From: Amoebidium appalachense
Taxonomy: Eukaryota > Protista > Ichthyosporea
DNA length: 64,000 nucleotides
Assembly (NCBI GenBank): GCA_963693365.1
Contig: CAVNZM010000013.1
Coordinates: 3,810,722-3,874,721 of the forward strand
Direction: 5' to 3'
The notes under the pieces were generated by a model, which had not been told where the DNA came from, made no database searches, and saw only the letters and a program-made list of their open reading frames with translations. Both the position numbers and the translations under genes were made by a program. Positions 51,763 to 64,000 of the stretch are shown here, piece by piece. Every line of letters begins with the position of its first letter. The first letter of the stretch is position 1.

Positions 51763-52102
51763 TATATACATGTATGTAAATATGCATGTACATGTATGTA
51801 TAGCTAACATGTTTTTTAAAGGCCCTGTGGGGCCACATGCTTGAGTACGGGGAGGACCGAGCCAGCCTCATGGACCAACTCAAGAGCCAGACGGGGTGGC
51901 GGCCCTGCCACTGCGCTGCTGAGTTTGGCCACACAGACTGCCTGCAGGTGGGCTATATATAGATGTGTGCGCTATATATAGGGTGCACTGGAGATGAAGA
52001 TGGGTGGTTGGGCCATAAATGGGTGAAACGTAATTGGGTGATCGGGTCGGATGTGTGGTTGTGTCATAAATAGGTGCACTATTGGGCAATACAATAGGTG
52101 CA

Positions 52103-52147
<45 letters not shown>

Positions 52148-52282
52148 TGGTTAGACCATATAATAGGTGCACTAGAGATGGGTGGTTGGGCCATATAATA
52201 GGTGCACTATATATATATAGGTGGTTGGGCCATATAATAGGTGCACTATATATATATAGGTGGTTGGGCCATATAATAGGTG

Positions 52283-52343
<61 letters not shown>

Positions 52344-53580
52344 GTGGTTGGGCCATATAATAGGTGCACTTTATAATAGGTGCACTATATATATATATAT
52401 ATATATATCTAAAGGGTATATACAAATATACAGCGCTTCGTGCATTCCAATCGCAAAGTTACTAAAAATAGCTGAAATTTCCCTTAAGCTTGTGCACGTA
52501 CCCCTCAAAAATTTAAGTTTTATTCGGCAGTTTGTTGGGGTTCGTCACTCTGACGTCAGAGACGATAAGCACTCGATTTGTTTTTACTCTTTTAGGGCAT
52601 CCAAAGTTGCCAAACATGGCAATCTTGAGATATGTTGCGGAAGCGTCGAGTTTAACTTCAAATCTTATTCGCGGGCAATTGTTCCTCAGCAGCCGAACTT
52701 TTTCTGGGTTACAAATTGGAAAAATGGTGTAATTTTTACGGCTCTCTAAAAACACTGAAAATAAGCTTTCTATCTAGCAAGATATCTGAAAAGACTTTAA
52801 TAATACCCACAATATACCCAAATTGTTTTCAGTATAGCAAGCCCTGTATTTGTTCTACCGGCCGGAGCGTCAACGTCGAACTTTTGGCTGGCTGGATGCA
52901 AGCAGGATCTTGCCTTGAGTACGACCTCTCAGATCGATCGAAGTGGCGCAGCGACTCAGTGACATCAATGGATCCAACTGATTAACGCGCTAATGCCCTT
53001 GCGCATGCAGCGTATGATGCTGAGAATGCGACTGCCATTGCGATGGCAACAATCGATCGATTCCGATTCAGCCCTGTAAGCATTCAGCCACTGTTCCTTG
53101 CGCTGCGTGCGATCCGGATCTCCGGATGAGATTGGATTCTCCGGAGAAGTACTATGTCTGGTTGGTTCGAATCTCTTTCTTCGCAGATACATGCACATAC
53201 TGTCAATCAAAAACAAATTAATGAATAAATAAAAAGGAGAAAATAGATTATTATTTTTACTGCCTTTTGAGTGTTCGAGTACTGAAAAACACTTCTCTTC
53301 CCGGGGCCATGAATCATTGGTGGTACCAGTGAAGCACAATTTCCTAAAGCAAATCATCGATTCAATCTTTTCTGGTCGAAGATCGTCGATCCAATCTCCG
53401 CTCGACTCAATGATATCTTGTGTGGATATCGATCTACATGCGGAACTTCGGCGGGGTGCCTCATCATCGGGCTGCATGGAGTTCGCAGCCCAGCAACCGT
53501 GTGACTATCCTTTTCTGCACTGGGCGGGAGGGGGAAAGGGTGGGAGGGGCAGGCGGGCGGGCGGGCGGGGCGGGCGGGGG

Positions 53581-53613
<33 letters not shown>

Positions 53614-53870
53614 CGGTCCCAGGGAGGAGGATTTTTGTCTGCACGTCCCTCCCACCCTTTGCCCCCTGTAATATATATCCGTCCCCTTCTGACCCAGCTC
53701 TTCTGATCTGATGATAAAGTCCTGTGCATGCAACATTCAACGTGACAATTTCTTGACTTTTAACAAAAAAAACATTAATAAATATTACATTATCATTAAT
53801 ATTTCTCCATAGTATGTGCCCATGTGGAAGCGGGGCCCCCCGGAACCCCCGCGTTGCCCAATTGAATCTA

Positions 53871-53904
<34 letters not shown>

Positions 53905-56900
53905 GTATACATATATATAGGCGGTCGGGCCGTAAAAAGGTCACGAATGATTGGATTTGGGTGGTTGGGCCATAAATGTATGGGCTATGTATGGGTGGTT
54001 GTGTCATTAATAGGTGGACTAGAAATGTGATTGGGCCACAATTAGGTGCGCTATATATGGGTAGTTTGCGTCTGCTAAATTCTGCAATTCTGCAACATAT
54101 GCTCCCCCCCCCCCCCCCCCCCTCCCTCCCCCCGTCTCCTCCCTTCCCCTTTCCTCTCTCAATGTGTCTGGGATGGATTGTGTGAACCACGAAGGGAATG
54201 GGTCGCAACTTCTGTTAAATTCTGTAAAATGTAAAATGCTGTAAAACTTTTTGATTCAACACATTCTAACGTCCCCCCCCCCCCCCCCTCCCTTTTCCCC
54301 ATGCTCAGTTCCTAGCCAATGAGGCTGTGGGATGGACTGTGTGGACCGCAATCAAAATGGCTCGCAAAAATCTGTAAAAATTAGTAAAACTCGGGAAAAT
54401 TCTTGTTATTCTGCATCACATTCTACCACATTCTAACACATCTACCCCCCCCCCCCCCCTTCCCCCATGCTCAGTTCCTAGCCAATGAGGGCTGTGGTAT
54501 GAACTGTGTGGACCACGAGCAGCTCACCCCCCTGCACATTGCTTCTATCCACGACCAGAAGGAATGCACACAGCTGCTGCTGAGCCTGGGCGCAGATATG
54601 GATGCAAGGGACTCGGGGGGGAATAACCCCCTGCATCTGGCTGCATGGTAATAATAAAAAAGAGAGAGATAAAAGGAGAGGCGGAGGAACAGGGGGAGCG
54701 AGGGGGTGAAGGCTGGCGGGGGGGGGGGGGGGGGGGGGGGGGGGATGGAGAGGAAAGGGGATGGGGGGGGGGGGGGGGGACGGAAGGGGGGGAGGAGGGA
54801 GGAGGGGATGGCGGGGGGGGGGGGGGGGGAGGGAGAGGAGGGGAGGGGGACGTTAGGGGCGGAAGAGGGAGAGGGGGGGAGGGGGGTGTTGGGGGGGGAA
54901 GAGGACGGAGAGAGTGGGTGTGTGTGTGTCAGGGTGTGTGCGTGTGTGGGCCGGGGGGGGGGGGGGGGGGGAAAGAGTGACCTACATGGTAACGTGAGAT
55001 CTTTTTTATTTTTGTTTTGCTTTTTGGGGGGGGAGGGGGGAGGGGGGACATTGCTTGGTGGCGGTGTATATAAAAAAAGTGGGCATGAGAAAGGATTTGG
55101 GGAACGAGTGGCTCTGTGCAGGTGACATGGTGTGGTTGAAGGTGGGTGAAGGCAGAAAAAAGGTGGGGGGGAGGGGAGGGGGGCATGAGGGGGGAGGAGG
55201 GAAGGGTGACAGAGGGGGGGCCAATACCATATGGTATGATTCTGACGTGATTTTGAATCAATCAGGTACGGCAGTGTCAAGGCTATTGACGTGTTGATCG
55301 ATGCGGGGGCAGACATGAAGGCGGAGGAGAGCGATGGGTGGATGGCCCTGCACCTGGCGTACGTGTGTGTGTGGGTGGGTTGTGTGTGTGTGTGTGGGTG
55401 GGTGGGTGGGGGGGGGGGGGGGGGGGGGGGGTTGGTGTATGTGTGAGCGCAGTGTGCTCGTGTGGGAGGTGTGTAGGTTGTGGGGGGTCGCTGAGCGGGG
55501 AGGGGGGAGGGAGAGGGGGAGGAAGAGTGAGTACGAGAATGGCGAGGTTGGGGAGTGAGCCGAGTGAGCCTATGTATTGTGTGCATGTGTGTGTGTGGTG
55601 GAGGTGGTGGTGGTGTGTGGGTGGGGGGGGGGAGGGGGGGGGGGGGGGGGAGGGGGGGGGGGGGGTTCTGGTGAGGGAAGGGGAGGGGGGGGGGGTATAT
55701 GTGCAGGGGTGAGTGCGGTAAGTGAATAGCATGCCTACCTGCCTGCATATGGTATTTTCAGACACGGTGAGCCAATAGCATGCCTATCTTCCGACATGCT
55801 TTAATTAACGGAACCATCTGCACCCAAATCCGTACTCAATAGTTATAAAACAACTAAAAGACTAGGAATAATGGTGTGGCTTTATGAAATATGCATCATG
55901 TAACAGACCGCCGGCGCATATGCACCTGCACCCTTATATAATACACGTGCACCTTATTTATATACGTGCACTCTTATTTATACACGTGCACCCCCATTTT
56001 GCTGACATTTTTGCCCCCCCTCCAGGGCAGCCAATGGCCGTGTGGAGAGCGTGCAGGCACTGGTAGGAGCTGGTAGGCCCTGGCTGCTGCAGGACGTGGA
56101 CGTGTGGGGGGGACCCAATAGATGGACCCCCCTGCACTGTGCTTGCGAGAGGGGCGACATTGCTAGCGTGTAGGTGTTAAGAATGAAAATTCAGGGGGGG
56201 AGGGGAAAAAGAAATAATAATAAAAAAGGATGAAAGGATGAAAGTGCATGTGAAAGGGATGATATTGCTAGTGTGTAGCCTACCCTGATTGAAAATTGCG
56301 GCGGGGAAAAAAAAAAAACGAAAAAAGAAAAAAAAGAAAGGTTGAAAGGATAAAGGTGCATGTGAAATAGGTGACATTGCTAGCGTGTAGGCCTTCTAAT
56401 TGAAAATTACGGGGCCGGGGGGAGGTGGGGAGGAAGAGAAAATTGAAAGGAGATACGATTTGGTTGAGTCATTGAGGGGTTTAGGTGCCCGGGGGGTGGG
56501 GGGGGGGGGGGGGGGGGGGGGGGGGTGGGGAGGAGTCTTCTTTGTGCAACTTTTATGTGCTTTGTTTTACGGGCAACTCAGTTGTTCTTGGTTATTGGTT
56601 GCCCACTTTCTTGCTCATATATACCCCCCTCCCCCTCCCCCCCTCCCCCCCCCCCCCCCCAAAACCACCACCACTACCGCCACCCCCCGAACCCCCACCC
56701 TTCTCCCCCACCCCTTCCTCCCCTCTTCCCCCCTCCTCCCCCCCCTTCCTACGCTGCTTTTCTACCCCAACCTCGACAAGGGGTGAGGCTTGATCGTTGT
56801 CGTTGATGTGTAGAAATCGCTTTGCATTCATGCATGTGCGCAGGAAAAAACCAGGTTGCCCCGCATACTGTGCACATGGCTGATGTTGCATACTTGAATG

Positions 56901-56972
56901 TTTGCCTTTGCATGTGTCCTGCACCATGCTTCTCGTCGTGTATGCGTACTTTGTACCGTGTTCCGCATTCAA

Positions 56973-57010
<38 letters not shown>

Positions 57011-58584
57011 CCTCCCCTCCCCCCTCCCCTCCCCCCACCCCTCCCTCCCCACCTTCCCCTCTGAGTTCGGTTTCGAACAATGCAAATGAGACGAAACTCG
57101 GGCGTTGTAGAAAACTATGGCTCTGCTTAGTATGCATACTCCTTTTGCGTGCTTTGCACTCTGCATTTTGCTCTCCGTTATAAATGTGTACTTAAAACTC
57201 CTTAACACACTCTAACCTCCCCCCTCCCCCCCCCCCCCCCTCCCCCCACCACCACCACCACCACCACCTTCACCTCCCTCCTCCTCCTGCCCCCTTCCAC
57301 CCCCTGTCCCCAACCCCCCTCCCCCCCCCCCCCCTCCCCCCTCCCCCCCCCCCCCCCCCCTCCCCTCCCCCCCCCCCCCTCCCCCCCCCCCCTCCAGACG
57401 TTATCTGGTGGAGATTGGATCATGCATCGAGGCAAAGGACAACTTTGGAAACGGCCCCCTCCACATTGCGGCAAATGCAGGTGCGTGATTGATGCATACC
57501 ATGTATAATGCTGGTTTATGATTGGAGCATACATGTATAATGCTGGTGCATGACTTTAGCATACATGTATATTGCTGGTGCATGATTGGAGCATACATGT
57601 ATATTGCTGGTGCGTGATTGGAGCATACATGTATATTGCTGGTGCATGATTGGTGCATACGTGTATATTGCTGGTGCATGGTTGGTGCATACACGTAATG
57701 CATGTCCGTAAATGGTGCATACACATAATGCAAAGGAGTGTGATTGGTGCATACACATAACGCAAGGAGTGTGATTAGTGCATACACATAATGCAAGGAG
57801 TGTGATTGGTGCATACACATAACGCAAGGTGTATACACATAACGCAAGGAGTGTGATTGGTGCATACACATAACGCAAGGGAGTGTGATTGGTGCATACA
57901 CATAACGCAAGGAGTGTGATTGGTGCATACACATAACGCAAGGAGTGTGATTAGTGCATACACATAATGCAAGGAGTGTGATTGGTGAATACACATAATG
58001 CAAGGAGTGTGATTGGTGCATGTACGAGTGGGATTGGTGCGTGCACATGTAATGGAGGTGTGTGCTTGGTCATGCACAAACAATACATGTCGTGATTGGT
58101 GATTGGTGCATGCACATGCAATGCAGGTCCGTGATTTGTGCATGTACACTTAGTGTGGGAGTGTGATTGGTGCATGCACATGCAATGCAAGAATGCAGCA
58201 ATGTAATTGGTGTATGCACGTAACACGTGCACACATGCCCAGCCATTCACTGGAGTTCGCAACATCCCCCCCCCTCCCCCCCCCCCCCCCCCCCCGCCCC
58301 GCCCACCTTGCCCCCCCCCCCTCTTCCCCCCCCTTCCCCCCTTCCCCCGTGGCACTGTATGGCGGTGGCTTCATGTGTGTTTTTATGGTGGTTATCTGAT
58401 TGGCTGGATATCAGGGCCCTTGGAGGCGGTGCAGTGCCTTTTGGAGCTGGGAGCCAATGGGTACTCGCGAAACACGTCGGACCAAACACCCCTGCACCTG
58501 GCTAGGCTGCGAAAGGCAAAGGGTGCGTGTGCATGTGTGTGTTGGGGGGGTGGGGGGAGAGGGTGGGTGGGTAGGCGAATGTGA

Positions 58585-58683
<99 letters not shown>

Positions 58684-59919
58684 GGTGTGTGTGTGCACAT
58701 ATAGGTGCTTGTGTGCGCATGTGTATGTGTGTAAGGGGACACATGTGGGTGTGAGCATGTGCAGGTTGTATGTGGACGTATGTAGGTGTGTGTGTGGTTG
58801 GATGCGGGGGTGGGTGAGGTATGTGTGGTTAGAGCGTGGGTGTTTGAAGATGGGTTTGGGTGTGCGTGTGTTTGGTGAGGTTCGGTGTGTGCGTGTGTTT
58901 GCCGTGGTGTATGTTTTTGCCTATGAGCCATGTTTTTTGGCCTTCGCATATCATAAGAATAGAACGAGATCATTTTACATTTTCTCGATGATAGATCGGC
59001 TTTGAAGGCAATTATGACCCCTTAAGCCCGGCCTGCACCGCTCATTTTGTGCATTCATGCAGTGCTGTGGGTGCTCAAAACTATAACCACCCCCCCCCCC
59101 CTTCCCCCCCCCCGGGGACTTACCCCCTCCCCCCTTCCCCCCCCTCCCCCCCCCCCCCCCCCTTTCCCCTCCCCTCCCTTATAATAAAGTTTGTATTTTT
59201 GCTTAACTTGTATACTGTGAGCATTGCTGTTGCTGATTTGGCTTTGCCTATGCCCTGCACTGTGTTTGCCATGGCGTAGTTGTACTTTGTGGTGTTTTCC
59301 GCATTTTACCCTCCCCCCTGCCCCCTGGGCCCCCCCTGAGGATGGGCTCTGCTTATTATGCATACTCTGTATGTATGGCATGCATTCTGCATCGTGTTAT
59401 CCGTTTGTTCTTGTGTACTTCGTACTTTTTGACGCATTCAATCCCCCCTGCCCCCCTTTCACACCCATTATGCAAACCCTTTGTGTGGTTTGCACTCTGC
59501 ATTATGTTGCCCGTTATGAACGTGTACGTGTACTCTAGAACACATTCTAACCCCTCATCCCCCCTCCCCCCTCCCCCCTCTCCCCCCTCCTCTCCCCTCA
59601 CCCCCCCCCCCCCTCTCCCCCCCCCCCCTTCTAACACACATTCTGTTCTCCCCACCCCTGCTTTTTCTCTCCCCTGCTCCCCCCCATCCCCCCCCCCAAA
59701 TACATTACAACCCCCCCCACCCCCCCCTCCCCCCGCTTCCCCACAGTTCACAAGGCCGTGCTAGCTCTCAAAAGTCCACCCCCGGCCCAGCCACAGTCCC
59801 TGATGGGGCAGTGCCGCATAGTGGCCAGGAGGGCCTGGGCAGCGGGCCAGATAACCCTGGACGGGGATATACTGCCTGCAGAGCTGATCCAGTGGGTGGC
59901 AGGCGCACTAGAGCTGTAG
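48207..59919 (+). CDS. Ankyrin repeat (9 repeats) and SOCS-box protein, ASB-like; 10 exons, ~393 aa
   Basis: Exons 48207-48249, 49004-49073, 51102-51270, 51822-51947, 54475-54647, 55266-55358, 56026-56169, 57398-57480, 58415-58522 and 59747-59919 sum to 1182 nt with consistent phases. TPLH-type repeats. The C-terminal [16 protein letters not shown]...[10 protein letters not shown] fits the SOCS box. The first two exons are less certain. Confidence 0.85.
50951..51086. repeat. 31-bp minisatellite (agctgaccaatgagtgtgtaaggctatatat) x4, immediately before the acceptor at 51101
   Basis: Direct inspection; each unit carries a CTRAC branch-point-like motif. Confidence 0.85.
51950..52400. repeat. Minisatellite (ggtggttgggccatataataggtgcac + (TA)n); resumes at ~53920-54065
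   Basis: Multiple copies on both sides of the 52408-53871 insertion. Confidence 0.8.
52408..53871 (+). mobile_element. Non-autonomous Helitron-like insertion (~1.46 kb) in an ASB intron
   Basis: 5' end A|TC at 52408 and 3' end CTAG|T at 53868-53871. GC stem GCGGGG..CCCCGC at 53830-53852 lies just upstream of CTAG. No TSD. It interrupts a minisatellite array and has unique-sequence composition unlike the host intron. Confidence 0.6.
54150..54350 (+). pseudogene. Two decayed tandem copies of the acceptor and start of ASB exon 5 (pseudo-exons)
   Basis: 54300-54348 (catgctcagttcctagccaatgag-gctgtgggatggactgtgtggacc) versus the real exon region at 54466-54514; a more degenerate copy lies at ~54158-54192. 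Confidence 0.7.
57481..58230. repeat. Compound minisatellite (32-bp then ~29-bp units, gtgattggtgcatacac core) starting exactly at the donor at 57481
   Basis: About 20 copies seen directly. Confidence 0.88.
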
Positions 59920-61238
59920 ATATACGTGAGTAATGATTTTTCAAGTTGTAAGTGTGTTGGGGATTGTATGATAATGATACATTGGATGCAAACGGGATGG
60001 TTGTGTGGGATAAGGGCGGACGGGGGGAGCAAGGGGAGGACGGATTTTGAAGGGGGGGTTGGGTGGAGGGGAGGGGGGGGGGGGGGGGGGGAGGAGTGAG
60101 GAGGGGAATTTAGTCAATTTTCAACCGGTTATTCCACGGATGTTAAAGGAGGGCTCTTTGATATGAAATGATTGGATGATGTAGCGAGTGAAGTGGCGTG
60201 CATGGTTGGGTGATATGATAATATACTATGATGCATAAGAAGGTGAACTAAGGAGTTGTTATCATATAAGTGTTGCATTAAATGTTGCTTTTAAATTTAA
60301 AGGACACATATGGATAGCTGTATATAACGCAGAGACAGGAAATAAATCCTGAGTGCACACAGTGGCTGTGTTTTGTAGTTGCGAGGGCTTGCGGCCAGAT
60401 TGTGCCCCAACACGTAGGACACTTGAGGTGGCGAGAATTGCGCGAGAGGGCCTGATTGCAATAAAACAAGGGCGAGTGTATAGATGCCTGGCAAAGGCGG
60501 GGCAACCTTTGTGCCCTTAATGGTGAAGGTTTCTGCGCCAACACATACACAGGTACATGCGCATGCACGCACACACGCGGGCACACACACACGTACGCAC
60601 ATATGGGACACATGCACCGTGAGGCACAGACACATGCACACAGGCACACACTCACGGGCGCCCGTGCCGCACACGCACACACATGCATGCAGGCACAGGC
60701 ACACACACGGACGCACGCGTGTCATGCGCGCCTGCACATACACACACATACACATTATCGAGCGAGGTATCTTTTCGGAAAATCTCCGCGGTTTGTGAGT
60801 TTCTATCTGGAACAAACCAGAACTATTCCGATCATCGAGAGGTGAAGTCATCCACAAACGTTTCGGGGAGCGGGGCAAACAAACATACTCGACGAACCGA
60901 TGATCGTAATCCACTCATTTTCTGCACCGCAAGCTAACGCGTACACGCTGATAGTGCGCAGCTTAGTTTAAATCTATCCATGTGCATATCCCTTTCCAAA
61001 TTTCAGATCTGTCACATAGAAACCTGGCCACTAACCTAAAAGCCATGTGCAAAAGTTTCCTTTCATATTGTTCTTTTCCGGCTACTGGTAGGTCTTTAAA
61101 GTCCTAGGGGGCCGTGGGAGGGAGGAATGAGATACTACAAGTTGGCATGGGTACATGGGAAGGCGGGAGGTGTAGCGGGGGGAGGGGGGGGGGGGGGGTT
61201 GGCAAAGAGGGGGAGAGGGGGGGGGGGGGGGGGGGAAG

Positions 61239-61274
<36 letters not shown>

Positions 61275-61376
61275 GAGAGGTTGATAACTAGGTATATTCG
61301 TTGCAATGTCTCTGCCCCATTCTGCATTTGTGCACAAACTGGGTTGGGCAACACCCCTGGGTACGTGTTTTGGTGT

Positions 61377-61433
<57 letters not shown>

Positions 61434-62087
61434 GTGTGCACTGTGACATTATGATATGTGCACTTTTGGCTTGTGTGCGCACGTTCACTAGAGTGGGCGT
61501 CGGGCGTCGTGTGGGGTAAGGGGTCATGGGGTTCCTTTGCAAAATCACGGTGAATAGCTGCACATACAGTGTCACGTGAATTGCAGGTACATGCACGCTT
61601 TGTGCACAGAAGTTTATGTACCTGTGCACCCATGTAAGTAATAATTTCCCGTTTAACCGTGGGCGTGAAATTGTGCTTATCCCTCCCTCGGAGTCCCCCA
61701 CCCCATCACCAGGGTGTATGTGTGCATTTTGAAAGGGGCGAGGGTATCCTGTGTGCGATTCACTACCCTGTGTGTGCATGACCGGTGGGGTAGGCCCCGG
61801 GGGAGGGGAGGCTGGGGGGGGGGGGGGGGGGGGGGGGGGGGATGTAGAATGCATAGGAAGGCCCCGGGATCGGATGTGAGACCCCGGGATCGGATGTGAG
61901 AGATGGGGGTCAAGGGGGTGCACCATGCACCATAATCGTGTCACTGAGTAATGGCATGAGGGTACCCCCCCCCCCCCCCCCTCCACCTCCCCCCGTGTCA
62001 TTTGATTAAGTTATTCCATTCCCTACTGGGTCGATTGCCCATGAGTACAGGGCGTCCGAGGGCCTAGCCGCCTTTGCTGCACTCTTT

Positions 62088-62144
<57 letters not shown>

Positions 62145-62273
62145 TCTCCGTTTACTAAAGGCTATCATTGAATGTTTCTTTGTCCTTGACCTTGTGACAA
62201 AAGTTCGGTTTTTCAGTCTCTCTCTCCCTCTCTCCCCCCCCCCCCCCCCCCCCCCCCACCCTCCCACAAAAAC

Positions 62274-62304
<31 letters not shown>

Positions 62305-62506
62305 GAAAGGGGGGGGGGGGGGGGGGGGGAATGTAACGGAAAGGCAAGAAGGGGCGTTGAAACTGGGGATCTTTGGGAGGAAAGAGAGGAAAAGCAGGAG
62401 TGGCAGTTTCAAATCGCGACAGACACATTGCGCTACGGAAAACGGCAAGTTCTGGTTGGTTGCATTGTTGTTGCTTTTTCAGTTGAGTGTGTGTTTTTTT
62501 TATTTT

Positions 62507-62538
<32 letters not shown>

Positions 62539-62561
62539 GAAGGAGGGGCCGGGGGGGGGGG

Positions 62562-62603
<42 letters not shown>

Positions 62604-62922
62604 CGCAGTGCCAGCTGCAGCAACGGGTACCACTGACAGATTGTTAAGATGCATCTGTATTTCTGAAGGGTCGAATTGGTTTTATTCGGGCTGCTGCCCC
62701 CTATGTTCCAAGCACGTTTACATACGACCAGGGGGTCTTCCCCTTCCCCATATCTACCCTCCCCCCCCTCCCCCCCCCCCCCCTACCCTTACTGCTTCTG
62801 TACCCCCAAGTCTGATGACATCTTCAAGTTATAAGATCAAATGTGATTGGGCAAATCAATAACAGCGAGAGAAGATTCCATGTGTTATGCACATCCTGAT
62901 TCGTTCAATATCATCCGTTCAC

Positions 62923-63215
62923 TCAACCTGGTCCAAAGAAAGCCGTCTCATTTCCACCACTTCCCACAAGCTTAGGTGAATTCAGCGCAGGTGTAAGCAC
63001 ACAAATAAGGAAAGACTTCAAGCCACACTGGGCGTCAGACGCGCACACCCATCCAAAATTTATCCACAGCAAAACACCTGCCGACCCAACCAGAACAACC
63101 AGCCAGACAACTATTTCTGTTTTGGAGTAATGGTTCCAGAACTCCACAGGCGCACGTGACTTGATGTCCTCTGCTGCACTCTTCACCAGATGCACAACTT
63201 CCTTCCTCACGCTTG
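62923..63215 (-). CDS. Putative internal exon(s) of an unidentified gene with one transmembrane segment
   Basis: An acceptor CAG at 63218-63216 is followed by a non-repetitive open frame (SVRKEVVHLVKS...TEIVVWLVVLVGSAGVLLWINFGW). The 3' boundary and product are unknown. Confidence 0.4.
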
Positions 63216-63217
63216 CT

Positions 63218-63273
<56 letters not shown>

Positions 63274-64000
63274 GAGGGGGCGGGGGGGGGGGGGGGGGAG
63301 TAGGGGAGGAGAATAGTGGTGGCGTTGGTGAGTGAGGGAAGGGGAAGAGGAAAAGGAGGATTCGAATAGATGATGATAGAGCCATAAAGGATAGAACAAG
63401 CTTGCCTTAGGGAAAGAGCGGGAGAGGAGGGAGGGGGATAATGGGTACTGAGTAGAGGAACAGGAGGAGGACGTGGGTGGGGGGGAAAAGGAAGGGGGAG
63501 GTAGGGGGGGGATGGGGGGGGAGGGTTAGAGTGAGAAAAGCATATCAGATGTGCTTAACTAATTTTAGGCCAATGGTGCATCCTTACGCTAGGATTAAAA
63601 TATATTGCTTGATCATGATGATATTGGTCACGTAAATAAAGGGGCACATTTAAGGCACTACGGCATGCAAGGTGGCTGTCGTATCTTCATGCACACAAAA
63701 TGCGACTGCGAAAGGGTGAGTTAAACATGGAGGAAGCTATCAGGAACCATAGTGTACACATGTGGTTTGAAGCGTGGATGCATGTACTACATGTACTAAC
63801 GGGGGAGGGGGGGGGGGGGGGGGGGGAGGGGGGGGGGGAGGATCGGAGGGGGATAATATGAGCAGTGTGACCCAAGGAACCTGAATAAGAAAGTAGGGGG
63901 AGGAGGGAGATTTTTTTTTTTGTTTTTTGTTTTCTGTTGTGGCCCAGGGGTGGGGTGGGGAGGGAGGGGGAGGGGGAGTGGGGGTGGAGGAGCCCAAATG

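Noticed and set aside
56170-56173. Apparent in-frame TAG in an ankyrin exon (stop read-through or recoding)
   Set aside because: A donor at GT|GTAGGT (exon ends 56169) matches the phase of the next exon, so the TAG is intronic
60278-60937. Overlapping ORFs downstream of the ASB gene
   Set aside because: No recognisable product and the frame is ambiguous; they may be exons of the right-end gene but cannot be supported

Overview
This is intron-rich eukaryotic genomic DNA, saturated with (CA)n/(TG)n, (GA)n and very long G/C/T/A homopolymers. Most ORFs in the supplied track are artefacts of these repeats. The gene content suggests a holozoan, possibly a unicellular relative of animals; that is inference and the species cannot be determined here. 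Splicing exons by hand (GT..AG plus phase continuity) gives six genes. (1) A 2-exon Acr1-like fatty acyl-CoA reductase SDR of bacterial type (-). (2) A WW-less protein carrying BOTH a Vestigial/VGLL4-type Tondu motif ([10 protein letters not shown]) and a YAP-type Omega-loop ([13 protein letters not shown]), plus LATS/14-3-3-like sites (-); this is the top finding. (3) An ATF/CREB-like bZIP with a DSGxxS degron (-). (4) A cyclin E-like cyclin (+). (5) An ELM2-SANT-Zn-finger corepressor (+). (6) A 9-ankyrin-repeat SOCS-box (ASB-like) protein (+). An orphan exon lies near the right end. The window also holds a ~1.46 kb Helitron-like insertion, two ultra-short TIR-only elements with 8-bp target duplications, splice-site-derived minisatellites, duplicated pseudo-exons and clusters of CRE/AP-1/E2F motifs. 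Gene models are manual and unverified by RNA data, and homopolymer assembly errors are likely.
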